A DNA stretch of 64,000 nucleotides from the NCBI GenBank assembly GCA_051532055.1, contig JAOPTX010000009.1, positions 16,262 to 80,261 on the forward strand. Reading direction: 5' to 3'. Shown here piece by piece: positions 19,238 to 28,120 of the stretch. Under the pieces are notes generated by a model, which was not told the DNA's origin, did not search any database, and saw only the letters and a list, made by a program, of their open reading frames with translations. How positions within the stretch are numbered: position 1 is the stretch's first letter; each line of letters begins with the position of its first letter. The stretch is from Fibrobacterales bacterium (GTDB lineage Bacteria > Fibrobacterota > Fibrobacteria > Fibrobacterales > JAOPTW01). A program made the translations under genes and the position numbers.

Positions 19238-21637
19238 TTATCGATTGTTGCTGTTAATTGGATTAGTGTAATCTCTAGAATCAATAATTACTGATTGATA
19301 ATTCCTAGGGACTGCTGGATTATAAATCTCGATAAGGCCACCTTCACCACGTACATATTGTACTCCTGTGAATTGGTACTGGGTATCTACTTCCCATACA
19401 TCAATAAGTCGACCACTGTTTTGGTTTGTACAACTGTTGTGACTAAAGCGTACGGGATCAACTTCTTGACCAAGATAGTTTCGTATACGGCTGATAGAAA
19501 AACAGTCCTCAATGGTAGAGTCTGGACTGATTGTAATGCGTTCATAACTTGGAGCTATGGAGTAGGTGAAGTCATTTGAATTTGTTTGTGCGATAGTTCT
19601 GTAATTACTGATCAAGGTACACCAACCAAGCATCCATGGACTAAAGTAGTGGTTTCCTGGTACAACTTCCCACCATACTTGTTGTTGGTCACCTGCTATA
19701 CGTGAACCCATGATGATATAGTAGCCATTGAGAGGGTGGGCCTCTGAGTATCTAAAATCATAGATTTGTATAGAGGTTGTGTTGAAAATGTATGAGTGGC
19801 TGAGAGCATTCTGCCACGACTCAGGGAATACCCGTGTTGTTTCGGGATTTGTGCTTGATGGAATACTCACCATAGAAAAGTTTTTATAGGTGACAGCATT
19901 GGCATTCTTCCAAAATTCATTACCTGATTTATTTAGGGTGAGAGTAGTTTGACTGAGTTCGGTGAGGTCAGAATTCCAATATCCATTGTCCCCTTTAAGA
20001 ATGAGTGTTTGTGGTTTTGCAAGAGCATCATATTGTTTAAAACCATCGCTGAGCATTGCTGCATCAAGAGTTGTCCCTAAGAGGTTCACAATGTATTGAT
20101 TGTATTGTTGGTACAAACCACCTGAAACATTTGAATAATCATCAGTGATAAATTGAAGCTCCGTAACAGGTCGACTTTCTCCATCCATGAACACGCTTTT
20201 GTCATCATTAAAATAACGGTGTGCTATGTCAGCAGGTTCGGGAGGTTGGGCCATTATATTAAAGGTGAAGCTCACATCATAATGTCTGTTGGTATATTGT
20301 GATTGCATTTTACTCCATACACCACTATTTTTACTTTGCATAAATGCAAGGGTTGCCTTGGGGATACGATAATCTGAAAGTGATGCCCATAGTGCAAATC
20401 CTGCAGGCTGACCGGCGGTGCTGAAGTGATAGGGGAGTCTCTCTGCGGAGGTAGGGAGCTCTGGAAAGTAGAGGCTCCCATTGGTGTCATCAAATTGGTA
20501 TTCACCTGTAAGAGCACCCCAGATATGTGGCATATAGTCATTTTGGTAATATCCCAAACGTTCTTTGTATCCAAAGTTTCGACGCATAGGAGCGATGCGT
20601 TTATTTTCTAGAGATTGAAAGGCGTATTTTACCGAGAGATAGTCGAGCGCATTGAGGGCTGCTGTTTGTATAGTTCTATTCATGGGAGTAGCGGTTGTCT
20701 CATCGCTATATGAATAGAGGTTGAGTATTGCGTTGGTGGTAAAGGCCTCATAGGCTTTTGCATTCGTTTCAAAAAGGCCGTTGTGTACAACACGACCAAG
20801 TATTTGTAGGATGAGATCTGAAAGCTCCTCAGAGTTTTCATAATGGTTTGGGTCTTGGTTGTAAAGGGTGAGTATCGTTTCGTTGTAAGAAGGGTGTGAA
20901 CTGTCGAGTGAAGCAACCCAGGTAATATAATTGTTAATAAGATAGTGCCAACTATAGATGAGAACCATATGATTTTCTGTCTCTGGTTGTTTGACGTCAT
21001 AATGTATGGGGAGAGGTCCCTGTTGTGTCGGATAGTAAAAAACATCCTTCAAGTAGACTTGAGTATACGAGAGGTCGTTTCCGGTGTAGGGAAGGTGGAG
21101 TGGATCTGTTGTTCCCTGTAAGAGTAATGCACTGACCATGCTGGGGGTAAGGATATCGGGGCGGTCCTTAAATGTGTAGAGGAGCGATAGAATACCTTTG
21201 AGGATAAAATCATAATCCCCTCCATTGGTACCATCCTGGGCCACTTTTTGACCCGTTGAGGACGTAGACGTCCCGATGGTGTTGAAGATAGATGCGGTAT
21301 TGAGGTAGTTAAGCACGCGTTGTTGGTAGGTTGACTTATGGAGTTGTAACGCGCTTTCGGGAGGGAGTCCACTGAGAGCTGAGTAATCTCTTGGTGAAAA
21401 GTCTTGTGGGTTTGAAAAGAGGTAGAGGCCTGCGGTAATTTGCCTCAGGGAATGTTTTGCGTTTTCTGTCCAGGCTTCGAAAACAGGGTCCTGTGCATAA
21501 TTGTAAATCCAGGTAGAAACAAGGTTCGTGCGTTGTTGTTCAATAACCTCTTCGGTCGAATGGTGGGGGAGGGCAAAAGAGAAGGAAGCGAGAATTGTTG
21601 TTATTATACTTAACCGTTTTATCATGGTAATCTCCAT
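19238..21637 (-). CDS. Large secreted hypothetical protein, possible alpha/alpha-toroid (lyase-like) enzyme
   Basis: Signal peptide; GDYDF, ETENH, GLFETNAKAY motifs; helical N-half, beta-rich C-half. Confidence 0.55.
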   Translation of the reverse strand: MEITMIKRLSIITTILASFSFALPHHSTEEVIEQQRTNLVSTWIYNYAQDPVFEAWTENAKHSLRQITAGLYLFSNPQDFSPRDYSALSGLPPESALQLHKSTYQQRVLNYLNTASIFNTIGTSTSSTGQKVAQDGTNGGDYDFILKGILSLLYTFKDRPDILTPSMVSALLLQGTTDPLHLPYTGNDLSYTQVYLKDVFYYPTQQGPLPIHYDVKQPETENHMVLIYSWHYLINNYITWVASLDSSHPSYNETILTLYNQDPNHYENSEELSDLILQILGRVVHNGLFETNAKAYEAFTTNAILNLYSYSDETTATPMNRTIQTAALNALDYLSVKYAFQSLENKRIAPMRRNFGYKERLGYYQNDYMPHIWGALTGEYQFDDTNGSLYFPELPTSAERLPYHFSTAGQPAGFALWASLSDYRIPKATLAFMQSKNSGVWSKMQSQYTNRHYDVSFTFNIMAQPPEPADIAHRYFNDDKSVFMDGESRPVTELQFITDDYSNVSGGLYQQYNQYIVNLLGTTLDAAMLSDGFKQYDALAKPQTLILKGDNGYWNSDLTELSQTTLTLNKSGNEFWKNANAVTYKNFSMVSIPSSTNPETTRVFPESWQNALSHSYIFNTTSIQIYDFRYSEAHPLNGYYIIMGSRIAGDQQQVWWEVVPGNHYFSPWMLGWCTLISNYRTIAQTNSNDFTYSIAPSYERITISPDSTIEDCFSISRIRNYLGQEVDPVRFSHNSCTNQNSGRLIDVWEVDTQYQFTGVQYVRGEGGLIEIYNPAVPRNYQSVIIDSRDYTNPINSNNR

Positions 21638-21924
21638 GTTGAATGAATAATATCAATTAGACGTATCGAGGATGAGAGATGTTACCATAATTATCGAAAA
21701 ACTAAAAAAAATAAAAATAAGTACGATTGTGCGCACATAATCACTACCCAATATCGTTTAATAGCTGTGAATGACACTGGTCATTTTTACAAATTGATGC
21801 TTGGATTCAATGTACTATCGTGTAATCGAAGTCCGTGAGCCTCATTTGAGGCGGTATATGGAATTACAACTTTGAAATAGCTATATTGTCTTTTTTCGCA
21901 GACTCTTAAAGGATTAGGTATTAT

Positions 21925-24900
21925 ATGATGCTTCTTGGGATTGATGTTGGGTCAACGACGGTTAAAATTTCACTAGTTGAGGGAACGGTTGAGCGGTTTT
22001 CTTACTATATGCGTCACAATGCTCAACAACGAGAAGCTGTCTGTACTTTGCTTGAGATGGTGCAGGAAAAATATCCTGGTATTACACCTGCTATTTCTTT
22101 TTGTGGGAGTGGGGGACACGGTTTTGCAGAAGAAATTAGGGTGCCGTATACCCAAGAAGTCGTTGCAAATGCAGTGGCTATAAAGGCACGATATCCTCAA
22201 ATTCGCACCGCAATTGAGTTAGGTGGGCAGGATGCTAAGGTGGTATTGTTTGCTGTTGACCCTCAGAGTGGCCAGTTGGTAACTCAAGATATGCGTATGA
22301 ATGGTTCATGTGCAGGAGGCACAGGGGCTTTTATTGATCAAATTGCTGAGCTACTCAGTGTACCTGTCGAAGAGATGAATGGATTGGCAGAGCAAGGAAC
22401 TCAAGTGTATGAAGTCTCTGGGCGTTGTGGGGTTTTTGCAAAAACGGATATTCAACCGCTCCTAAATCAAGGGGTCCCTAAAACAGATATTGCGCTTTCT
22501 GCCTTTCATGCTATTGCGAAGCAGACTATTGGAGGATTAGCTCAGGGAATAGATCTCGCACCTCCGATTATTTTTGAAGGGGGTCCTCTTACCTTTAATG
22601 CTGAATTGAGAAAAGTTTTTTGTGAAAGACTTAAGGTGACTCCTGAGGATGCTTTACTTCCAGAAAATGCTCATTGCATTATTGCGTATGGTGCCGCGCG
22701 CTCACTCGATCATGCTGTAGAGATTGATTCCCATGAAATTACGCCTATTGTGAATACACTTCGTTCAGGGTGTAATAAGAAGGGATCAAATGAAGAAGGG
22801 ATGTCGCCATATTTTGAAAATGAGCGTGAGCGGGAGGAATTTACCGTATTTCATACCAATGAGACCTCTGATTTTGATGAAACTAATTGGAAGGGAAGGG
22901 AATTGCCTGTCTATATTGGGCTCGATGCAGGGTCGACGACATCTAAGGTAGTGGTGCTTTCAAACAAAGGTTCAGTGGTAGATTCGTTCTATGCAAGTAA
23001 TGATGGGGAACCCCTTGAGGTTATTACTCGTGGACTTATGAGTTTAAGAGATCGTTTCCGGAAAAAAGAAATTGGCTTAAAAATACTGGGCCTCGGCACC
23101 ACTGGTTATGGTGAAGAACTTTTTGCCAAGGCCTTTAACGCTGACTTTCATACGGTAGAGACGGTCGCCCATGCGGAGGCTGCTAAAAGTATCTGTCCGG
23201 AGGTCTCATTTATTCTGGATATTGGTGGCCAGGATATGAAGGCGATGTTTCTTAGGAATGGTGTCATTACTAATATTATACTCAATGAAGCATGTTCAGC
23301 AGGGTGCGGTTCTTTTTTAGAAACCTATGCTCAGTCTATGGGGATTGCCGTACAGGATGTTGCGGAAATGGCTTTTGAATCAAGGAGTCCATCGAAGCTT
23401 GGATCACGCTGTACCGTTTTTATGAATAGCTCTGTTATCACAGAACAGAAAAATGGGAAGAGCCCCGAAGATATAATGGCGGGTCTTTGTCGTTCGGTAA
23501 TAGAAAATGTATTTACTAAAGTTGTGCGTATCTCAAACCTAAAAGAGATGGGAGGTCACATAGTAGTACAAGGGGGGACTTTTAAAAATGATGCGGTACT
23601 CAGGGCGTTTGAAGAACATCTAGGGCTTACAGTGATTCGCCCTAAACATCCAGGACTCATGGGGGCTATAGGAGTGGCGCTCTTAGCAAAAAAAGAAATG
23701 GAACGCAGTGGTGCATCTTCAACGTCGATGCGCTTGGATGCACTTGAGCGTTTTACTTATACCAAGCAAGCAGGGCAGGTGTGCCGGCTCTGCTCTAATT
23801 TGTGTAATAGAACAGTAGTTTCGTTTTCGGATAGCGCTCATTTCGTAACGGGTAATAAATGTGAGAAAGGTAAAATTATTGGTGATGCTGCATCGAGTGA
23901 GACTCGCGCACAGGTAGCGGAACTCAATAGTACTATAAAGGCTATTCCAGATCTAGTGCGCTTTCATGGGAGCTGTATTACAGCAGACTATGGCGTAGAG
24001 AAAGTCGCTGATGATAAAAAGGTAACTATTGGTATTCCGCGCGTACTCGACTTTTGGCAGACACTTCCGTTCTGGAAAGCCTTATTTACATCTCTGGGAT
24101 ACACAGTCGTTGTGTCAGATAAAAGTTCTCATGCGCTCTTTGAATCTGGCCTTTCTACCATACCTTCTGACACCATCTGTTATCCGGCAAAACTGGTTCA
24201 TGGACATATTCAAAATTTGGTTGAGAAAAATGTTGACCGTGTTTTTTTACCCATGATGATCAGTAGAAGAAATTTTGAGGAAACAGAAGCGGGGACAGCG
24301 GTATGCCCTGTTGTACAGGGGTATGCCCTTGTAATCGATTCGTGCTCTGAGATTACAGAAAAGCATGGAATCCGCTTTGATTATCCTGTCTTAGATCTAA
24401 AAAACCCTGAGATAATGCAAAAACAGATCGTTAAGTTTTTAGATGCCTTTTATACGATTCCCAAAAAAGAGGCTGTGGCTGCTTTTAAAGTTGCAGAGCA
24501 GTGCCAGTTTAAGTCAATTAAGCGATTACAGGACAAAGGGAGATCAGTAGTGGCTGACCTTAAGGATGATGAGTTTGCGATTGTTCTTGCGGGAAGGCCC
24601 TATCAGTATGATCCTATGGTGAATCACTTTTTGAGTCAACATTTTATTGCCCAAGGTATTCCTGTGGTGACATTGGATGCTATTGATCATACTCAATACT
24701 CTATTGAAAATAGTAGAGTGGAACTTACAAATTCTACACACTCGAAGCTCTTGTCTGCAACATTGGCGGTGGCGAATAACCCTAAATTAGAGCTTTGTCA
24801 GATTGTAAGCTTTGGATGTGGCCACGACGCGATCCTGAGTGATGAGATGAATCGAATTATGAGTGAACACTCGGATAAATCAGTGTTACAGCTCAAACTT

Positions 24901-26262
24901 GATGAAGGAGATGTCAAAGGGCCAGTGTCGATTCGGGTACGTTCCTTTATCGAGACCGTGCGAAAAAAACGCGGAACCAGTATCAGTCAGCCAAGGCGTG
25001 CAGTACTTTCTGATCCGTATCCAGTAAAATTTACTAAAGAGGATGCAAAGAAAAGAAAGGTATTGGTTCCTAATCTTTCTCCATCTTTTTCGCGAGTAGT
25101 TGCTTCGATATTTAAAAATCAAGGAATTGAGATGGAAGCTCTTCCCGTGGCTACTCCAGCGGCAATTGCGTTAGGTAAAAAATATGTAAATAATGATATT
25201 TGTTATCCCGCTCAAATAAATATTGGAGAGATGCTCGAGTATCTCGAAACTAATGATTGTGAGAGTAGTGAGATCGCTTTGGGATTGGCTAAGAACTGTG
25301 ATAACTGCCGTGCGGGGCAGTATGCTGCACTTGCGCGTCAGGCACTCGACGATGCGGGGTATAGTGATATCCCTATTATGACAACCGGTGATGATAAAAA
25401 AAATATGCACCCGGGATTTAAAAGTAATATGGCAATTCAGATTCGTATGGTCTGGGGTATCGCGCTTATTGATTGCCTTGAAATAATGGTGCGACGTATG
25501 AGGCCGTATGAAATACATAAGGGAGAAGTTGATCGCGTATATACAGAGCAGCTTGCATTGGTGTGTGCTGGTTTTGAGGTCTCAATAGATGAGGCGCTAA
25601 AGCGATTTAAAGTATGTGTCACTGCCTTTAATGAGATCGGAGTAGATGCTACAAAACGAAAACCTCAAGTGGGACTGCTTGGTGAAATTTTCGTTAAATA
25701 TCATCCAGCTGCCAATGCTTTTATTGAACGGTATTTAGAGTCTCATGGTATGGAAGTTATTCAACCGCCAATGCTTGATTTCTTTAGACGAGATGATATC
25801 ATTCGAAAGTATAAACGGAAAAATGGTATGATGCAGCGGCCGTTTATGGCGCTCCTTGTAGGGACGGTGTCTGAAGCAGTGTATGCTAAGGCAACTAAAA
25901 AAATCAATAACATATTTAAGTCATTTAAATTGTATGAGCATCATGCTGATGTGTATGAACTTCATGAGCACGTAAATGGTTTTATTGATACCGCTTTTAA
26001 AGTGGGCGAAGGTTGGCTTATTGCGGGTGAACTTTTTGATCTTGCAAAGCGGGGAGTAAATAGCTTTGTTATAGTGCAGCCATTCGGGTGTATGCCAAAC
26101 CATGTGAGTGGTAGAGGTATGACAAAGGTATTTAAGAAGGAGTTTCCTCATATACAAGTGTTGAGTCTTGATTATGATCCTGATACGAGTATGGCAAATG
26201 TTGAAAATCGATTACAGATGTTGGTTATGCGGGCTCGTGAGCAGCAAACTGAAGTAGGCTGA
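21925..26262 (+). CDS. plsA: Fused acyl-CoA dehydratase activase/reductase, PlsA+PlsR-like plasmalogen/ether-lipid synthase
   Basis: Two BcrAD/BadFG ATPase domains (GIDVGSTT...CAGGTG...CGVF; GLDAGSTT...CSAGCG...RCTVF), CxxCxxxC linker, DUF2229-like (GIPRVL, DTICYP, SFGCGHDA), C-terminal NDICYP/CRAGQY/PFGCMPNH. Confidence 0.75.
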   Translation: MMLLGIDVGSTTVKISLVEGTVERFSYYMRHNAQQREAVCTLLEMVQEKYPGITPAISFCGSGGHGFAEEIRVPYTQEVVANAVAIKARYPQIRTAIELGGQDAKVVLFAVDPQSGQLVTQDMRMNGSCAGGTGAFIDQIAELLSVPVEEMNGLAEQGTQVYEVSGRCGVFAKTDIQPLLNQGVPKTDIALSAFHAIAKQTIGGLAQGIDLAPPIIFEGGPLTFNAELRKVFCERLKVTPEDALLPENAHCIIAYGAARSLDHAVEIDSHEITPIVNTLRSGCNKKGSNEEGMSPYFENEREREEFTVFHTNETSDFDETNWKGRELPVYIGLDAGSTTSKVVVLSNKGSVVDSFYASNDGEPLEVITRGLMSLRDRFRKKEIGLKILGLGTTGYGEELFAKAFNADFHTVETVAHAEAAKSICPEVSFILDIGGQDMKAMFLRNGVITNIILNEACSAGCGSFLETYAQSMGIAVQDVAEMAFESRSPSKLGSRCTVFMNSSVITEQKNGKSPEDIMAGLCRSVIENVFTKVVRISNLKEMGGHIVVQGGTFKNDAVLRAFEEHLGLTVIRPKHPGLMGAIGVALLAKKEMERSGASSTSMRLDALERFTYTKQAGQVCRLCSNLCNRTVVSFSDSAHFVTGNKCEKGKIIGDAASSETRAQVAELNSTIKAIPDLVRFHGSCITADYGVEKVADDKKVTIGIPRVLDFWQTLPFWKALFTSLGYTVVVSDKSSHALFESGLSTIPSDTICYPAKLVHGHIQNLVEKNVDRVFLPMMISRRNFEETEAGTAVCPVVQGYALVIDSCSEITEKHGIRFDYPVLDLKNPEIMQKQIVKFLDAFYTIPKKEAVAAFKVAEQCQFKSIKRLQDKGRSVVADLKDDEFAIVLAGRPYQYDPMVNHFLSQHFIAQGIPVVTLDAIDHTQYSIENSRVELTNSTHSKLLSATLAVANNPKLELCQIVSFGCGHDAILSDEMNRIMSEHSDKSVLQLKLDEGDVKGPVSIRVRSFIETVRKKRGTSISQPRRAVLSDPYPVKFTKEDAKKRKVLVPNLSPSFSRVVASIFKNQGIEMEALPVATPAAIALGKKYVNNDICYPAQINIGEMLEYLETNDCESSEIALGLAKNCDNCRAGQYAALARQALDDAGYSDIPIMTTGDDKKNMHPGFKSNMAIQIRMVWGIALIDCLEIMVRRMRPYEIHKGEVDRVYTEQLALVCAGFEVSIDEALKRFKVCVTAFNEIGVDATKRKPQVGLLGEIFVKYHPAANAFIERYLESHGMEVIQPPMLDFFRRDDIIRKYKRKNGMMQRPFMALLVGTVSEAVYAKATKKINNIFKSFKLYEHHADVYELHEHVNGFIDTAFKVGEGWLIAGELFDLAKRGVNSFVIVQPFGCMPNHVSGRGMTKVFKKEFPHIQVLSLDYDPDTSMANVENRLQMLVMRAREQQTEVG

Positions 26263-26307
26263 TTTAAAGAACAGTTATTAATCGTATAGCTCTGTATTAG
26301 TTGTGGT

Positions 26308-26350
26308 ATAAAAAACGAGCAGTAGGGGTGACCTACTGCTCGTTTTTTAT
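26308..26350. terminator. Bidirectional intrinsic terminator
   Basis: ATAAAAAACGAGCAGTAGG-GGTGA-CCTACTGCTCGTTTTTTAT between convergent genes. Confidence 0.85.
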
Positions 26351-26385
26351 AAGGAAATGTTTTTATTGCAACAATTTCCTGGGGG

Positions 26386-27117
26386 CTATTTTTCTTCGAG
26401 TAAAGGAAGAAGTTGAAGGAGTTCTTCTTGGATTGTTTCCCATTCTATGTCACTCTCATTAAAGCTTTCTATTGCGAGTTCACACAGTTCGGTTTCAGAA
26501 AATGCTTCAGATGGTGTTTCAGTATTTTCAACAAGAGTGAGACATTCTTGTACTGATGGATTGAAACTTTTTATGAGTATTGTAAGTGAATCGGTATCAA
26601 TGGTAAGAGTTGTTTCTTCAATATAATCATTGAGTTCTTCTTTCCATGCTTTCACTGCGTCATATTCATACTCAAACTCTTCTTTAGAAAAATCCTTTTT
26701 TCTGTCATACTCATGTTCTTCTTTTTCATCGGATGACTCGTCATACTCAGATGAGCTATCGTCATATGATCCGTGGTATTTTTCTTCAGAACTTTCAAAT
26801 GTTTCATCAGATGAGCTTTCTTCATGCATTGAAGACTCTTCAAGTTCTTCTTCTGATGAGCTCTCTTCCTCTGAAGAATATTTTTCAAATCGTTCATCAG
26901 AAGATGATTCGTCAGAAGAGAAGTTTTCGTCATCTGACGAAGAGAAAAGGGGGCTATCTTGGTCGTTGCTTGATTGATTGTTCTTGGTTTGATCAGATTC
27001 TTCATTTTGTGGCTGTTGTTTGTCGGTGTCTATTGGTGTTTCTTCATCGACAACACAGCCAGTTATTAGGGTGAACATTATGAAGAGTGCTGTGGTGATA
27101 AGGGTAAATTTAGTCAT
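26386..27117 (-). CDS. Acidic Ser/Glu-rich lipoprotein
   Basis: ITGC lipobox; long SS(D/E)E low-complexity tract; small helical C-terminus with 2 Cys. Confidence 0.7.
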   Translation of the reverse strand: MTKFTLITTALFIMFTLITGCVVDEETPIDTDKQQPQNEESDQTKNNQSSNDQDSPLFSSSDDENFSSDESSSDERFEKYSSEEESSSEEELEESSMHEESSSDETFESSEEKYHGSYDDSSSEYDESSDEKEEHEYDRKKDFSKEEFEYEYDAVKAWKEELNDYIEETTLTIDTDSLTILIKSFNPSVQECLTLVENTETPSEAFSETELCELAIESFNESDIEWETIQEELLQLLPLLEEK

Positions 27118-27192
27118 GGTTTCTCCATTTGGTATTTGTTATGATTATAAATTTACTGTTATATTTATATGATAAATGTATTTAATGCCTAA

Positions 27193-27223
27193 TTGTGCTT
27201 ATTAATAGGGTATTTGTGCTTAT
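27193..27223. promoter_or_regulatory. Direct repeat TTGTGCTTAT x2, 21-bp period, candidate operator
   Basis: Copies at 27193-27202 and 27214-27223 in the divergent promoter region. Confidence 0.5.
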
Positions 27224-27242
27224 AAAATATGGTAAAAAGTAG

Positions 27243-27271
27243 TTGTGTGACTAGTTGAATGAATCTATATT
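27243..27271 (+). promoter_or_regulatory. Sigma70-like promoter, probably leaderless
   Basis: TTGTGT-N17-TATATT ending 6 nt before ATG 27278; no clear SD. Confidence 0.45.
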
Positions 27272-27277
27272 AGTGAG

Positions 27278-28120
27278 ATGGATTATGTGAATATATTTGA
27301 TTATACCGATTATCGGCTTTTTCTAAAAGAGTATCATACGCTTCGAAAAGAGAGTGACTCTCGGTTTTCCCATCGTTTTTTTGCTCAAAAGGCCGGATAT
27401 TCATCAACAGGGTATTACTCTAATGTGGTGAAGGGTGTTTTGAATCTCACAAAAAAATATATACCCAAGTTTATCCATGCTCTTGGTCTTGAAGGTAAAG
27501 AGGCTGACTATTTTAAATTGATGATTCAGTATAGTCATGAAATGATTCCTGCAGAACGCCAGATTGTCTATGAACAGATGATTGCATTAATGCCTCCAAA
27601 GGCTCAGCGTATGAAATTGTCTCAAAAAAGTTTTTATCAATGTTGGTATACAAGTGCGGTACTTATTGCTCTTGATATCCTTGACTTTGAAGATGATTAT
27701 AAAGAGTTGAGCGATTTCATTAATCCTCCTATAAAAGTGATAGAGGCCAAAAAGTGTGTTGCGCTTCTTAAAGAACTTGGCTTGATTGTACAAGATGGAA
27801 ATGGGTTTTGGAAACAAACCAATGCTAAAATTGTAGGTGGTGAAGAGGTGGGGGTACATACAATCCATCAATATCAATCTCAATTTATGGAGATGGCGTC
27901 AGAAGCACAGGCACGATACGCCCCGAAAGATAGGTTTATATCTACGAAAACTATTTCCACGTCCAAAAGAGGACTTGAGCGTATTAAACAGTCAGTTCGA
28001 GAACTGTATGTTAATATTGACTCTATTGTGTTAGCTGAATCAGAAGCGAGCCAAGTCTATCAATGTAATATTCAATTTTTTCCGATTACAAAGGATAAAC
28101 ATGATGAAAGTTATTCTTAA
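27278..28120 (+). CDS. TIGR02147 family protein, copy 4 (close paralogue of copy 2)
   Basis: IFDYTDYRLFL, FSHRFFAQKAGYSSTG, GGEEVGV, YQCNIQFFPIT. Confidence 0.85.
   Translation: MDYVNIFDYTDYRLFLKEYHTLRKESDSRFSHRFFAQKAGYSSTGYYSNVVKGVLNLTKKYIPKFIHALGLEGKEADYFKLMIQYSHEMIPAERQIVYEQMIALMPPKAQRMKLSQKSFYQCWYTSAVLIALDILDFEDDYKELSDFINPPIKVIEAKKCVALLKELGLIVQDGNGFWKQTNAKIVGGEEVGVHTIHQYQSQFMEMASEAQARYAPKDRFISTKTISTSKRGLERIKQSVRELYVNIDSIVLAESEASQVYQCNIQFFPITKDKHDESYS

Noticed and set aside
26630..27074. Overlapping Ser-rich antisense and alternate-frame ORFs (also 14631-15404, 29992-30480, 37362-37829, 52739-53344)
   Set aside because: Shadows of low-complexity or biased coding sequence in the real genes.
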